Positions 22,034-32,039 of a stretch of 64,000 nt of DNA are shown one piece after another. This stretch comes from an uncultured Candidatus Binatia bacterium (lineage in GTDB: Bacteria > Desulfobacterota > Binatia > UBA9968 > JAJDTQ01): positions 3,520,001-3,584,000 of the forward strand of contig OZ219754.1 in NCBI GenBank assembly GCA_964291295.2. Reading direction: 5' to 3'. Position 1 is the stretch's first letter. Each line of letters starts with the position of its first letter. Below the pieces are notes generated by a model, which worked only from the letters and a program-made list of their open reading frames with translations, was not told the origin of the DNA and did no database searches. The position numbers were made by a program, and so were the translations under genes.

Positions 22034-24172
22034 TCACACCTGGACACGCGCTGCCCCGGATCCCTGGATATCCATCACCAGATTCAGGTACGGATCCACC
22101 GCCACCCGGGCACCGGGCGGCACCGGGATCGTGGTGAAGGGCAGTTCCAGAATCGCGGGGCCCGCCACCTCGTTGCCGGCCTTGAGCCGCGTGTTGTCGT
22201 ACACCGGCGTCTCGATGAATCCGCGCTCGGGACGCGTGAAATAGACGTTCCGCCTGCCCTTGACGGCCCGGGAGCCGTCTCCCTGCTCGACCGGCTGCGG
22301 CTTCAATTCCGGCTTGGTGACCCGCCCCACGGCGTCCACCCGGATGGCGCTGATCTCGATGCCGGCCTTGGTGTAACCTGCGCCCACGCCGTAGAGATCC
22401 TCGTACTTCTTCTCGAACATCTCCTGCAGTTCCCGCAGCCGCGCGTCGGTCATGCGGTCCCACGGCAGCGGGATCTCGACACCGGCCGTCTGCCGCCGGT
22501 AGCGCATGGTGAAGAACCGGCGGTAGTCCACCTGATGGGCCTTGAAGCCCTCGCCGGTCATGGCCTCGCCAAGCTCCTTCTCGATGGTCTCGAGCCGCTC
22601 GTTCGGCCCCTCGGGCTGCGCCGGGAAGATGTACTGGCAGGTCATCACGCGCGTGTGGATGACGTCCGCCGCGGCCACGCCGAACGCGGAGAACACCGGC
22701 GAGGTCGGGAAGATATAGATCCGGTTGATGCCGAGCTCGGCGGAAAAGCCGGCGGCGTGCACCGGTCCGGCACCGCCGAAGGCGTAGATGACGAACTCCT
22801 CCGGCAGGTGTCCGGTGCGCACCACCTGCTGGCGGATGAGGTCGGACATCTTGCTGTTGACGATGTCGTAGACGCCGGCGGCGGCTTCGACGTTGCTCAG
22901 ACCCAGCGGCCTGGCGATCTTCTCTTCGACCGCCTTCTCGGCCTTCTCCCGGTTCAGGGACTTGCGGCCGCCGAGGAAGTAATCGGGGTCGATGATGCCC
23001 AGCACGAGGTCGCAGTCGGTGACCGTCACCTCTTCGCCGCCGGCATCGTAGCAAACCGGCCCGGGCCTCGCGCCCGCGCTCTGAGGGCCCACCAGCAGCC
23101 GGCCGGTCTCTTCGTCGACCCGGGCGATGGTGCCGCCGCCGGCACCGATGGACTGGATGTCGATGATGGGCTGGAGCATGCGGAAGCGCTCGACGATGGG
23201 CTCCGCCGCATAGCGCCAGTAGCCCTCGGTGATGAGTCCCACGTCGAAGCTGGTGCCGCCCATGTCCGCGGTGATGACATTGGGGTGATCCAGCAGACCG
23301 GCCACGTAGGCCGACGCGATGGCGCCCCCCGCCGGTCCGGACTGGAGGTTCGACACCGGCGTGGCGTGGGTGCGGTGGGCCACGCCGCCGTTGCCCTGCA
23401 TGATCAGGAACGGTCCCGCCAGGCCGCCTTCTTCAAGCCTGGTCTGGAGGCCGCCGAGATAGCGGTCCACGGTGGGGCCGAGGAAGCTGTTGATGATGGC
23501 GGTGTTGGCGCGGGCATACTCGCCGGCCACCTGGGCCAGCTCGCTGCCGAAGGACCAGAAAACCTTGCGGGAAGGATCGGCCTCCAGTGCCAGCGCGCGC
23601 ACGTCGTCCTCGTGCCGGGAATTGGCCCAGGCGTGCAGCAGGCTTACCGCGATGGCCTCGCACCCTTCCTCGTCCACGAGCTTGCGGATGGCCCCCCTCA
23701 CGTCCTCGCGCGACAGCGGCACCACCACCTCGCCGCGGTAGTCGATGCGCTCGCGCACGCCGAGAACCCGCTCCCTGGGCACCAGGGGCTCGGGCTTGGT
23801 AACCCAGGTGGCGTGGCGGATCTCCTCCTCGGAGAGTCCGTCCACCCGACCGATGGCGCGCATGATCTCGGTGGTGTCCTCGAACCCGCGGGTGGTGATG
23901 AAACCGACCTTCACGCCGGTGCGGGTGATCAGCGCGTTGGTCGCCACCGTGCTGCCGTGCTTGAAGAGCACGGCCTGATTCAGCAGGTTGGTGCGGTCCA
24001 CATCCAGTATCCGCGCGGCTTCCGCGAGCGCGTCCATGACGCCCCGGGAGAACTCGTCCGGTGTCGTCGACGCCTTGGCCGTCCACACTTCCCCGCTCGG
24101 GGCCATGACGACCACGTCGGTAAACGTTCCGCCCGTGTCGATACCGATGATGTAGTCTTTCGCTTCCGCCAT
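22034..24172 (-). CDS. Hydantoinase A / oxoprolinase / acetone carboxylase beta-like ATP-binding subunit
   Basis: IGIDTGGTFTD, HGSTVATNA, SGPAGG, DMGGTSFD, IGAGGG, GPQSAGA.PGP.CY, FGGAGP. Confidence 0.92.
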   Translation of the reverse strand: MAEAKDYIIGIDTGGTFTDVVVMAPSGEVWTAKASTTPDEFSRGVMDALAEAARILDVDRTNLLNQAVLFKHGSTVATNALITRTGVKVGFITTRGFEDTTEIMRAIGRVDGLSEEEIRHATWVTKPEPLVPRERVLGVRERIDYRGEVVVPLSREDVRGAIRKLVDEEGCEAIAVSLLHAWANSRHEDDVRALALEADPSRKVFWSFGSELAQVAGEYARANTAIINSFLGPTVDRYLGGLQTRLEEGGLAGPFLIMQGNGGVAHRTHATPVSNLQSGPAGGAIASAYVAGLLDHPNVITADMGGTSFDVGLITEGYWRYAAEPIVERFRMLQPIIDIQSIGAGGGTIARVDEETGRLLVGPQSAGARPGPVCYDAGGEEVTVTDCDLVLGIIDPDYFLGGRKSLNREKAEKAVEEKIARPLGLSNVEAAAGVYDIVNSKMSDLIRQQVVRTGHLPEEFVIYAFGGAGPVHAAGFSAELGINRIYIFPTSPVFSAFGVAAADVIHTRVMTCQYIFPAQPEGPNERLETIEKELGEAMTGEGFKAHQVDYRRFFTMRYRRQTAGVEIPLPWDRMTDARLRELQEMFEKKYEDLYGVGAGYTKAGIEISAIRVDAVGRVTKPELKPQPVEQGDGSRAVKGRRNVYFTRPERGFIETPVYDNTRLKAGNEVAGPAILELPFTTIPVPPGARVAVDPYLNLVMDIQGSGAARVQV

Positions 24173-24481
24173 GCCTGTTCTCCCTCCTGTTTGCGGGACT
24201 GTCCGGCGGCACGGTCCCGGTTCGTCCGACACGTGCGGGACGACGCTTTGCCGATCCAGCCAGCGTCTTCGCCGCCCGCGGACCAAGCAGAGTCGAACGT
24301 GGCCAAGTGGATGCGAACACGGGAACCGCGGGGGCGAAAGAAGCCCCGGAGCCACCCCGGAACAACTCCCGAAGTGGCCACACGGCACCGAGGGCTCTTG
24401 GCTGACGCCTCCTGCGGCCGGATTCAATGGATGGGTCCGGGCACCACCCCGGAGCCGCCTCGACTCGTTCGCGCCGCGTGT

Positions 24482-25222
24482 TCAGTTCATCACCACACCG
24501 CCGTTGATGTTGAGAGTGTAACCGGTGACATAGGTATTCTCCGGGCCCGCGAGAAAGTAGAAGCCTTCGGCGATTTCCTCCGGCCGGCCGGTGCGCCCCA
24601 GGGGGATGAGCGGTTTCCACGCCTCCCGCGACCCGGGGGCGGCGCGGGCCAGAACCCGCGGCGTGTCCGTCGGGCCCGGGGCCACGACATTGACAAGGAC
24701 ACCGTAGGGGGCCAGTTCCCGGGCCAGGGACTTGGTGAAGCCCAGTACGCCGGCCTTGGCCGCCGAGTAGGGCGTGCGCAGAGCGCAGCCGGTGAGTCCG
24801 TAATTGGACGCGGTGTTGACGATGCGGCCGCGCCGCTGCCCCATCATCACCGGCGCCACTTCGCGGCAGAAGAGGAAGGTCCCCTTGAGATTGACGTCCA
24901 TCACCTCGCGCCATTCCGCCCAGGAAAGCGCCTCCACGGCCTTGGTGTGGATGGTGCCGCCGGCCAGGTTGGCGAGGATGTCGACGGAGCCGAACTCCTC
25001 CCGGACACTCGCCACCACGTCCCTGACATCGGCGGCCCTCGTGACGTCGGCGCGGCAGGAGCGTGCCCGCGCGCCCGCCGCGGTCAACTCGGCCACCACC
25101 CCCTCTGCGCCCGCCCCATCCACGTCGGCGACAGCCACCGCCATGCCGGCTCGGGCGAACCGCAACGCGACGCAACGGCCGATGCCGTTGCCGCCTCCGG
25201 AAACAATGGCCACATCGCTCAT
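24482..25222 (-). CDS. Short-chain dehydrogenase/reductase (FabG-like)
   Basis: SGGGNGIG, D after beta-2 (suggests NAD), NLAGG, YSAAK, VNVVAPG, INGG. Confidence 0.92.
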   Translation of the reverse strand: MSDVAIVSGGGNGIGRCVALRFARAGMAVAVADVDGAGAEGVVAELTAAGARARSCRADVTRAADVRDVVASVREEFGSVDILANLAGGTIHTKAVEALSWAEWREVMDVNLKGTFLFCREVAPVMMGQRRGRIVNTASNYGLTGCALRTPYSAAKAGVLGFTKSLARELAPYGVLVNVVAPGPTDTPRVLARAAPGSREAWKPLIPLGRTGRPEEIAEGFYFLAGPENTYVTGYTLNINGGVVMN

Positions 25223-25280
25223 TTCGGGATCCTTCCCCCGCATGGCCGACGGCACCGCCCGGCGGCGGCCCGGACCGGCT

Positions 25281-26663
25281 CTAGAGAAAGTCCTTCAGCA
25301 GGACCTGCCCCGCACCCATGGGCTGCAACCGTTCGAACTCGAACCGCCTGGCCGGGTCGCACTCGGGCGGCTTGGTGGCGTCGATCATCACCTTGCCGCC
25401 GACGCGGTGCCAGCCCGGCGCCCCGGGGGCGCCCATCTCCCGGCACGAGGGATCCATGGCGTGGACCTTGGCACCCGGGATGGTGATGATGTCCTCGGCC
25501 GGGTTCACCCGCGTGGAGATGGCCCACAGCACGTCGGCGTAGTTGAAGATGTCCACGTCCTCGTCCACCGCGATGGCCACCTTGGGATGCTGGTACTCGC
25601 TGGACAACGCCGCCATGAGAACGTTCCTGGCCTCCCCATGGTAACGCGCGTTCATCTGCACGACGATGCCGAAGATGCCCGGCAGGGCCAGCACGTTCTT
25701 CACCTGGGCGCCGCCGCCCACGCTCCGTATCCGTCGCAGGAGCTGAGCCGACATGGGCACCTTGTGGTAGACGCAACCCTCCACCTCGGCGCCGTTCTGG
25801 ATGTTCTTGAAGATGGCGTCGCCGCGCATGGTCACGGCGTTGATCTGGAACACCGGGTTCTCGCCGGCGCCGGCCAGATAGTAGTCCTGGAACTCGCTGA
25901 AGGGGCCTTCCTCCTCGCGCACATGGGGCAGGATCTCCCCTTCCAGCACCACCTCGGCCTGGGCCGGCACCTCCATGTCGAGGGTCTCGCACTTCACCAT
26001 CTCCACTTCTTCCCGCAGCAGCGCCGAGGCGATGTTCAACTCGTCGCGGCCGTAGTCCGTGGTGGTGGCGGCGGCAAAGTAATACATGGGATGGTGGCCG
26101 ATCATGAAGGCCGCCGGCATGCCCTCGCCCCGGGACTCGTGCTTCTGGTAGTTGGTCCAGCCGTGGCGCGGATAGAGCAGGATGCCGGTCTTCCGGGGTC
26201 CCTTCATTTGCAGGCGGTGGAAGCTGAGGTTGCGGTTGCCGGTGTCCGGATCCTTGGAGATCATCAGCCCCGCGGAGATGAAGGGGCCGCCGTCGCGGAT
26301 GCCGCACTGGTGGATGGGCATCCGGGTGATGTCCACCGCGTTCCCCGTGAAAATCCGTTCCTTCACCGGACCCGAGGACACCAGCCGGGTGGTTCCCGGC
26401 GTTTCGGTGCGTCTGACGAACTCCGGCACCATCTCGTCGCGGCCGCAACCAAAGGCCAACGGCGCCAGCCGGACGTCGCCGGGCGCCTGCCCGAGACAGC
26501 GCCAGCCCGGGAAACCATCGAGGTTCTCGAACAGCAGCGCCCGTTCCCGGGACTGCCACAACAGCGCCCCCATCTGCGTGCGCGGATCCACCGGCTTGGC
26601 GATGGTGTCGAGCACGCCGGCACCGCGCAACTGGTCGATCCAGGTGCGTATATCCTTCTTCAT
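25281..26663 (-). CDS. UbiD-family prFMN-dependent (de)carboxylase
   Basis: GPVKE, DGGPFIS, KDPDTG.RNLSFHRLQ, VPA.AEVVLEG, EGPFSE, KVAIAVDEDVD, WAISTR, IDATKP. Start ATG 26663; the longer ORF call is a run-on into tctC. Confidence 0.93.
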   Translation of the reverse strand: MKKDIRTWIDQLRGAGVLDTIAKPVDPRTQMGALLWQSRERALLFENLDGFPGWRCLGQAPGDVRLAPLAFGCGRDEMVPEFVRRTETPGTTRLVSSGPVKERIFTGNAVDITRMPIHQCGIRDGGPFISAGLMISKDPDTGNRNLSFHRLQMKGPRKTGILLYPRHGWTNYQKHESRGEGMPAAFMIGHHPMYYFAAATTTDYGRDELNIASALLREEVEMVKCETLDMEVPAQAEVVLEGEILPHVREEEGPFSEFQDYYLAGAGENPVFQINAVTMRGDAIFKNIQNGAEVEGCVYHKVPMSAQLLRRIRSVGGGAQVKNVLALPGIFGIVVQMNARYHGEARNVLMAALSSEYQHPKVAIAVDEDVDIFNYADVLWAISTRVNPAEDIITIPGAKVHAMDPSCREMGAPGAPGWHRVGGKVMIDATKPPECDPARRFEFERLQPMGAGQVLLKDFL

Positions 26664-26734
26664 GTGTCGATTCGCCGTGCGCAAGCCGCGGCCGCCCGGT
26701 GCGCCAGCCGGCACCGGGCGGCCGCGGGATCGGA

Positions 26735-27838
26735 CTACTGCTGCTTGCGGCTCTGGAGTGCCGGGATGTACTCGTTCTTGAGATAATCCCACCCCGGCGA
26801 CGATTTGAGCATGTTCTTCACGACCCTGTCCACGTCCGGGCCCTTGATATAGTCGAGCTTGAGCCCGAAGATCTTCTCCCATTCCTTCACATAGACCGGA
26901 TCGGAGTACATCTTGTCGAAGGCGGCCCGGATGGCCGCGACGCGGTCCGCCGGCGTGCCCGGAGGCACCACCAGCTTGCGGTTCAGAGTCCGCAGGGTAG
27001 GACCGGTGAGCTTGTACGCTTCCCACGCCGGACCCGAGGGGGCCTTGCCCTTCACCTGCTTGTAGACTTCCTCGAAGGTCGGGATGTCGGTGCCCGGAGA
27101 GCGGATGACTTTCCCGTCGGGAGTCAACACGCCACCTTGCCAGATGACGATGGCGACCCCCTCCTGGATGGAGGCGTAGTACCGGCCGCCGGTGCCGAGC
27201 ACATGGTGGAGGCCGGTGCCGCCGACGTAGGAAACCTCGCCCGACAGGAACGCCAGCGCCATCTGGGCGGTGCCGGGGTATCCCACGGCATATCTGTAGC
27301 CCTGGATGCCCAGCAGGTCGAGCCCGATGAGGTCGTTCAGGAAAGACGACCCGGTGATGGAGCGGCCGGAAACCGCGATCTTCGCGGGGTCGATCCGGGT
27401 CAACGCAACGCCGTCCCTGACATTCAGAAAGTCCCGGACAATGGCGGCGGAGGCGCCGCTGGTGGCGTAGATCGCCGGCATCTTCGTCAGGTCGTAGTTG
27501 GGTGCGGGATCTTTCAGCGCCTGGCTGCTCAGATGGGTCGTGCCCAGGATGGCCCAGACGAGGCCGTCCTTCCTGGCCTTGTGGGCGGTATAGGCGCCTT
27601 GAATCAGACCGGACGCGCCGGGCATGTTGATCTTGACCACCTTGCTGGGCATGCCGGGCAGGTACTTGCCGATCCGGCGGGCAATGAGCCGGCCCTCGGT
27701 GTCGTGGCCGCCGCCGGGGGAATAGCCGGAAAGGATCTGGATTCTCTTGCCTTCGGTAAAGGCCTGCGCCAAGTCCGGGACAAAAAACCCCGACACCGCA
27801 AGGAGCATCAGGCACATGAATACTCTGCGTAGGATCAT
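26735..27838 (-). CDS. Tripartite tricarboxylate transporter substrate-binding protein (TctC/Bug-like) 1
   Basis: Signal peptide ending AQA, GYSPGGGHD, NMPGASG, GYPGT...LAFLSGE, VPPGTP..RV. Confidence 0.85.
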   Translation of the reverse strand: MILRRVFMCLMLLAVSGFFVPDLAQAFTEGKRIQILSGYSPGGGHDTEGRLIARRIGKYLPGMPSKVVKINMPGASGLIQGAYTAHKARKDGLVWAILGTTHLSSQALKDPAPNYDLTKMPAIYATSGASAAIVRDFLNVRDGVALTRIDPAKIAVSGRSITGSSFLNDLIGLDLLGIQGYRYAVGYPGTAQMALAFLSGEVSYVGGTGLHHVLGTGGRYYASIQEGVAIVIWQGGVLTPDGKVIRSPGTDIPTFEEVYKQVKGKAPSGPAWEAYKLTGPTLRTLNRKLVVPPGTPADRVAAIRAAFDKMYSDPVYVKEWEKIFGLKLDYIKGPDVDRVVKNMLKSSPGWDYLKNEYIPALQSRKQQ

Positions 27839-27890
27839 GAGAATTCTCCCTTCTGCGACAGCATGGGATACCGCTCCCCGTGCCGGACGC

Positions 27891-28976
27891 CTACTCGGCG
27901 TTGGCGAACTCGCGGAGGTAGGTCTGCCACTCCGAGGGCGCCATGGTCTCGTCGCGGATCCTGGTGGCCTCTTCCGGCGTGACCAGGACGGGGGCGAGCT
28001 TCTGACCGAAGATTTTCTCCCAATCCTTGACGAAACCCGGATCCTTGGCCATCTTGCCGATCCCGCCGCGCAACTCCTCCACCTTGGCCGTGGCGGTGGC
28101 CGGCGGCAGCACCAGAGTCCGGGTCAGCTTGGCCATGCCGAGGCCGATGGCGCGCCAAGCCTGCCAGTCGGGTCCCGAGGGCTCCTTGCCGTGGACTTCC
28201 TTGAACACCTCGTACAACGTCGGCACGTCCCCCTTCACGGTCTCGGACCGCGAGATGGATCCGTCCGCATTGAGGATGCCGCTCTGCCACATGGGAAAGA
28301 CCAGGCCTCGCTCATGCATGTCCACGAAGGCGCCGCCGCCCACCAGGTGGGCATCGCTGGCAACGAAGAAACTCGCCTCGTCCCGCTCCATGGCGGCCTT
28401 GATGGGCGAGGTGCCCCGGTAGGCGCATACCGCCTTGTAGCCCTCGACCCCGAGCAGCCGCAACGCCAACTGACCGCGCAGGCAGGAGGAGCCCTGCTTG
28501 GCACGGCCCGCCAGGACGATCCTGGACCTGTCCACCTTGGTCATGAAGTCCGTGGCGTTCCTGGCTCCGAGAAAGTCGCGGGTGAGGTGCACCTGAATGC
28601 CGGCCACGGACCAGATGATGGGCATCCTGGAGAGGTCGTACTTCACCATCTCCGGCGGCGCGACCAACGCCTGCAGCCCGTGGCTGCTGCCGAAGAGGCC
28701 GATGATGGTACCGTCCGGCCTGGCCCGGTTGTAGACGTAGGATGACATGATCATGCCGCCGGCCCCGGGCATGTTCTGGACAATGACCTTGGGTTTCCCG
28801 GGCAGGTAACGGCCCAGGTGCCGCGCCATGACCCGTGCTTCGAGATCGTGGCCGCCGCCGGGCGGATAACCGATCAGGATGGTCACATTCCTGGCCGCGG
28901 CCGCCGTCCCGGCCAGCCCTGCGAACAACAAGACAAAGAACAGGGTACACCAACTCGCGGCTCTGGTTCTCTTCAT
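27891..28976 (-). CDS. Tripartite tricarboxylate transporter substrate-binding protein (TctC/Bug-like) 2
   Basis: Signal peptide, GYPPGGGHD, VQNMPGAGG, RPDG. Paralogous to the neighbouring gene. Confidence 0.85.
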   Translation of the reverse strand: MKRTRAASWCTLFFVLLFAGLAGTAAAARNVTILIGYPPGGGHDLEARVMARHLGRYLPGKPKVIVQNMPGAGGMIMSSYVYNRARPDGTIIGLFGSSHGLQALVAPPEMVKYDLSRMPIIWSVAGIQVHLTRDFLGARNATDFMTKVDRSRIVLAGRAKQGSSCLRGQLALRLLGVEGYKAVCAYRGTSPIKAAMERDEASFFVASDAHLVGGGAFVDMHERGLVFPMWQSGILNADGSISRSETVKGDVPTLYEVFKEVHGKEPSGPDWQAWRAIGLGMAKLTRTLVLPPATATAKVEELRGGIGKMAKDPGFVKDWEKIFGQKLAPVLVTPEEATRIRDETMAPSEWQTYLREFANAE

Positions 28977-29064
28977 GATTCACTCATCTCCTCGGTTGTG
29001 ATCTCCCGTGGCAGGGCCTCCAGGCGCCGACCCTTCCGTCAGGCGCCATGGATCCCGGAACGCA

Positions 29065-29107
29065 AACGGGCTGAGGATTCCAGTTCACCCGAGATCCTCA
29101 GCCCGTT
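29065..29107 (-). terminator. Strong hairpin, probable terminator or mRNA-stabilising stem
   Basis: Perfect 14-bp IR AACGGGCTGAGGAT...ATCCTCAGCCCGTT with only a short U tail on the minus strand. A second hairpin lies at 29147-29180. Confidence 0.6.
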
Positions 29108-29197
29108 CGTGATTGACGGCCGCTCCTTCCGGAAGCGCCCTTGTCCGGAGCGTCGCCGGGTACCGGCCCGGAGACGCTCCTTCCGCGATTGAACCTG

Positions 29198-29593
29198 TTA
29201 CTTTGCCGGCTTGGGAATCATCAGCTTCGCCGTGGCCAAGGTGTTCCCGTCCGCGTCCACCAGCATCAACTCATGATCACCGGGCTTCAGAAGACGCTTG
29301 ATGGTCCGTCCCCGGATTCCCCATGTCGAGGAAAGCATGCCCTTGTCGTCCGCTTTCTCGACCGCCGGCTTCGCCAGGAAGCTCACGTCCGACAGCACGC
29401 CGCCCATCATGGTGCGGATGCCCACTTCCTGGCCAGCCATCAGGCCCGAAGCCGAGATCTTCACCTGCAGTCGGCCTTTCTTCACGTCGCCCACGTCCAC
29501 CATGAGCTTCGCCCCCGCCATCGCGATGGTCGACAACAGGAACAATGCTCCCAGGGCCGCTGCCATACCGACTAGTGTCTTTCTTGCAACCAT
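29198..29593 (-). CDS. Small secreted hypothetical protein (predicted beta-rich, Ig-like)
   Basis: 131 aa, Sec signal ending AMA, strong RBS AGGGAGGT, own promoter, alternating hydrophobic beta-strand pattern. Confidence 0.75.
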   Translation of the reverse strand: MVARKTLVGMAAALGALFLLSTIAMAGAKLMVDVGDVKKGRLQVKISASGLMAGQEVGIRTMMGGVLSDVSFLAKPAVEKADDKGMLSSTWGIRGRTIKRLLKPGDHELMLVDADGNTLATAKLMIPKPAK

Positions 29594-29639
29594 ACGCTAC
29601 CTCCCTTTGGTATTTGTTCCGCTGATCCAGACGGCTCCC

Positions 29640-29669
29640 TTTATACGTAAGCCCTGCGGCAAATGTCAA
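29640..29669 (-). promoter_or_regulatory. Sigma70-type promoter
   Basis: TTGACA-18 bp-TATAAA on the minus strand, upstream of 29593. Confidence 0.7.
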
Positions 29670-29713
29670 GTGCCTCGGTCAAGCGCCTTTTCGCCCGAAT
29701 TCCGACCCCGCCA

Positions 29714-30250
29714 TCACACGGGAACCAGACCCGACAGATACCTCTCCACCAGACCCAGAATGAACTCCTGCGGCCCGTTGATCAACCCCGGCGGCCACGG
29801 GATGTGCAGGACCATCTCGAACACCCCGACCATGAACACCACCATCACCAGCATGTAGGTCACGGCGACCTTCCAGGACTCGCCCGCCTGAACGCCCAGG
29901 TAGAGCACCAGAAAGAGCGGCACACTCAGGATGAAGCCGATGAGCCAGATGGACGCGTACAGCCCGAATATCCATCCGAAGATATTGACCGCGCGCTTGA
30001 TCACCACCACCACCGGAACGCTGCGGTCCACCGGCAGGTCCATCATGCCGGCCACGTCCCCGTCCTCGCCCCTGCCGCGAAACAGGTCCAGACCCAGTTG
30101 CAGGAAGCACAGCGCCATGGTGGGAATGCCGATGGTCCAGGGAAAAAGCCGCGCCTGGTATTGCCACTGCCGGGCGGTCGCCACCAGCCCCACCATGAGC
30201 AGCAGAACGAAGACGGTGAACCATGCGCCCGGATTCGCCCTAGGCTTCAT
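29714..30250 (-). CDS. tctB: TctB-family small transmembrane subunit
   Basis: Several TM segments, ARLFPW, IWLIGF...PLF, F...LHIPWPPG. Start overlaps the tctA stop. Confidence 0.75.
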   Translation of the reverse strand: MKPRANPGAWFTVFVLLLMVGLVATARQWQYQARLFPWTIGIPTMALCFLQLGLDLFRGRGEDGDVAGMMDLPVDRSVPVVVVIKRAVNIFGWIFGLYASIWLIGFILSVPLFLVLYLGVQAGESWKVAVTYMLVMVVFMVGVFEMVLHIPWPPGLINGPQEFILGLVERYLSGLVPV

Positions 30251-31772
30251 CGGCTTCCCCGTCCCGCCCGCACTCCACCCGCACCGCCCGCATCCGTTGC
30301 AGTTCCTGCTGCTTGCGTGTGTTGCGGATACCGTAGTAGAGGCTGGCGGCGATGAGCACCAGCACGATGAGAACGATGGGGCGGGCGAGCCAGGCGGCAC
30401 CGTAGCGGCTGATGGAGATAAAGAGATAGTTCTCGATGATGCCGCTCAGCACCAGTCCCAGGATCAGCGGCGGCCGCGGCCAGCTGAACCGCTTCATGAA
30501 CCAGCCCAGCAGCGAGAAGAACAGCAGCGACCACAGGTCGCCGTAGTGCCGGGTGGCCTGAAATGACGCCAGGAACACGATGACCACCACCAGCGGGGTC
30601 AGCAGATTGATCCGCACCATGGCGATCTTGGCCAGCGTATTGGTGAGCAGCATGCACAGGACGGTCCCGAACACGTTGGCGATGGCCAGGCTCCAGATCA
30701 TCGTGTAGGTAACCGCCAGATCCCGGGTGAGCATGGCCGAGCCCGGGGTCAGGCCCTGGATGGTCATGGCCCCCAGCAGCAAGGCCATGGAGGCGCTGCC
30801 CGGCACACCGAAGGCGATGGTGGGAATCAGCGCCCCGCCCTCCTTGGCGTTGTTGGCGGCTTCCGGCGCCAGCACGCCGCGCACGTCGCCGGTACCGAAG
30901 GTGTCGTTGGCGCCCTTCTCCGTCTGGACCGCGTGACCGTAGGCGAACCAGTCCACCACCGAGGCCCCCAGCCCCGGGATGGCGCCGACGAAGACTCCCA
31001 CCGCGCCGCAACGCAGCACCAGGAACCAGTGGCGGAGGGCATCCCGGATCCCCTCCGTGACCCCCTTGAGCCGTTCCTTGGGGACATCCGCGATACGAGT
31101 ACCCCGGATGGTCAGGTCGACGATCTCGGGAATGGCGAAGATACCCAGCGCCACCGGGACCAAGGGCACGCCGTCCCACAGGTACAGTTGTCCGAACACC
31201 CAGCGGAGCACGCCGGTCTGCGGATCCATTCCCACCATGCCCACGCAAAGGCCGATGGCCCCCGCGATGAGCCCCTTGACCGGGGCGTTGCCGCTCAGCA
31301 CGGCGACCATGGAGATGCCCAGCAGACCCAGGGTGAAGAACTCGGGGGAGCCGAATGCGAGCACGATGGGCCGCAGTACCGGGATGGAAAGCGCCAGCAC
31401 CAGCGATCCGAACAGGCCGCCCAGGAGCGAAGCCATGTAGGCGCCGCCGAAGGCCCGCCCGGCCTCGCCCTTCTTGGCCATGGGGTGCCCGTCGAGAATG
31501 GTCGCCTGGGAGGCCGAGGTGCCGGGAACGCCGAAAAGCACCGAAGGAATCGTGTCGGAGGTGCTCGTCACAGAGATCAGCCCGATCATGATGGCGAACG
31601 CCTCGAAGGAGTCCATGTCGAAGGTGAAGGGCAGGAGGATCGCAAGGCCGACCAAGCCCCCCAAGCCTGGTATCGCACCCAAGGCCAAGCCCATGGCCAC
31701 GCCGATGAACAGATACCCCAACCGGACCGGAACCAGGAGGTTCTCGATTGCCACGGTGGCGGCTTCCAGCAT
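30240..31772 (-). CDS. tctA: TctA large transmembrane subunit
   Basis: GAIPGLG, GVPGT..SQATILDGHPMAKKG, GVLAPEAANNA, LIPTIAFGVPG, PLILGLVL. Confidence 0.93.
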   Translation of the reverse strand: MLEAATVAIENLLVPVRLGYLFIGVAMGLALGAIPGLGGLVGLAILLPFTFDMDSFEAFAIMIGLISVTSTSDTIPSVLFGVPGTSASQATILDGHPMAKKGEAGRAFGGAYMASLLGGLFGSLVLALSIPVLRPIVLAFGSPEFFTLGLLGISMVAVLSGNAPVKGLIAGAIGLCVGMVGMDPQTGVLRWVFGQLYLWDGVPLVPVALGIFAIPEIVDLTIRGTRIADVPKERLKGVTEGIRDALRHWFLVLRCGAVGVFVGAIPGLGASVVDWFAYGHAVQTEKGANDTFGTGDVRGVLAPEAANNAKEGGALIPTIAFGVPGSASMALLLGAMTIQGLTPGSAMLTRDLAVTYTMIWSLAIANVFGTVLCMLLTNTLAKIAMVRINLLTPLVVVIVFLASFQATRHYGDLWSLLFFSLLGWFMKRFSWPRPPLILGLVLSGIIENYLFISISRYGAAWLARPIVLIVLVLIAASLYYGIRNTRKQQELQRMRAVRVECGRDGEADEA

Positions 31773-31801
31773 ACCGACTCCCTTCCGGACTCCCCTCTGC
31801 C

Positions 31802-31850
31802 CCCTGTGGAAAATTCACAGGGATATATCGATGTCCTGAAAAGCTGTCAA
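31802..31850 (-). promoter_or_regulatory. Sigma70-type promoter of tctA with an adjacent palindromic operator
   Basis: TTGACA (31845-31850)-17 bp-TATATC (31822-31827). Inverted repeat CCCTGTG-N7-CACAGGG at 31802-31822 covers the expected start site. Confidence 0.65.
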
Positions 31851-32039
31851 GCCGGATGCGGTTCCGTCGCGCACTCGGATCCGGCTGGTTCCGTTGCGGG
31901 TTCTCCCAAAAAGGACTAGGTACGACGGGTATCCTCTGTCCGAATTTCGTGTGCGTCCATCGTATGCACGCAACCGCATGCAACCATTTGGAGGGACCGG
32001 CGGCGGCCGGCCCCCGTTACTCGGGAAAGGACCATCACC

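Noticed and set aside
18928-25486. Very long plus-strand ORFs (1032 aa and 1166 aa), and similar ones such as 11317-13140 and 43034-44740
   Set aside because: Antisense shadows of well-supported minus-strand genes, expected in high-GC DNA; no recognisable motifs.
26664-27815. 844-aa UbiD with a large N-terminal extension
   Set aside because: The extension is an alternate frame inside tctC with Arg/Gly/Pro-rich composition; UbiD homology starts at ATG 26663.
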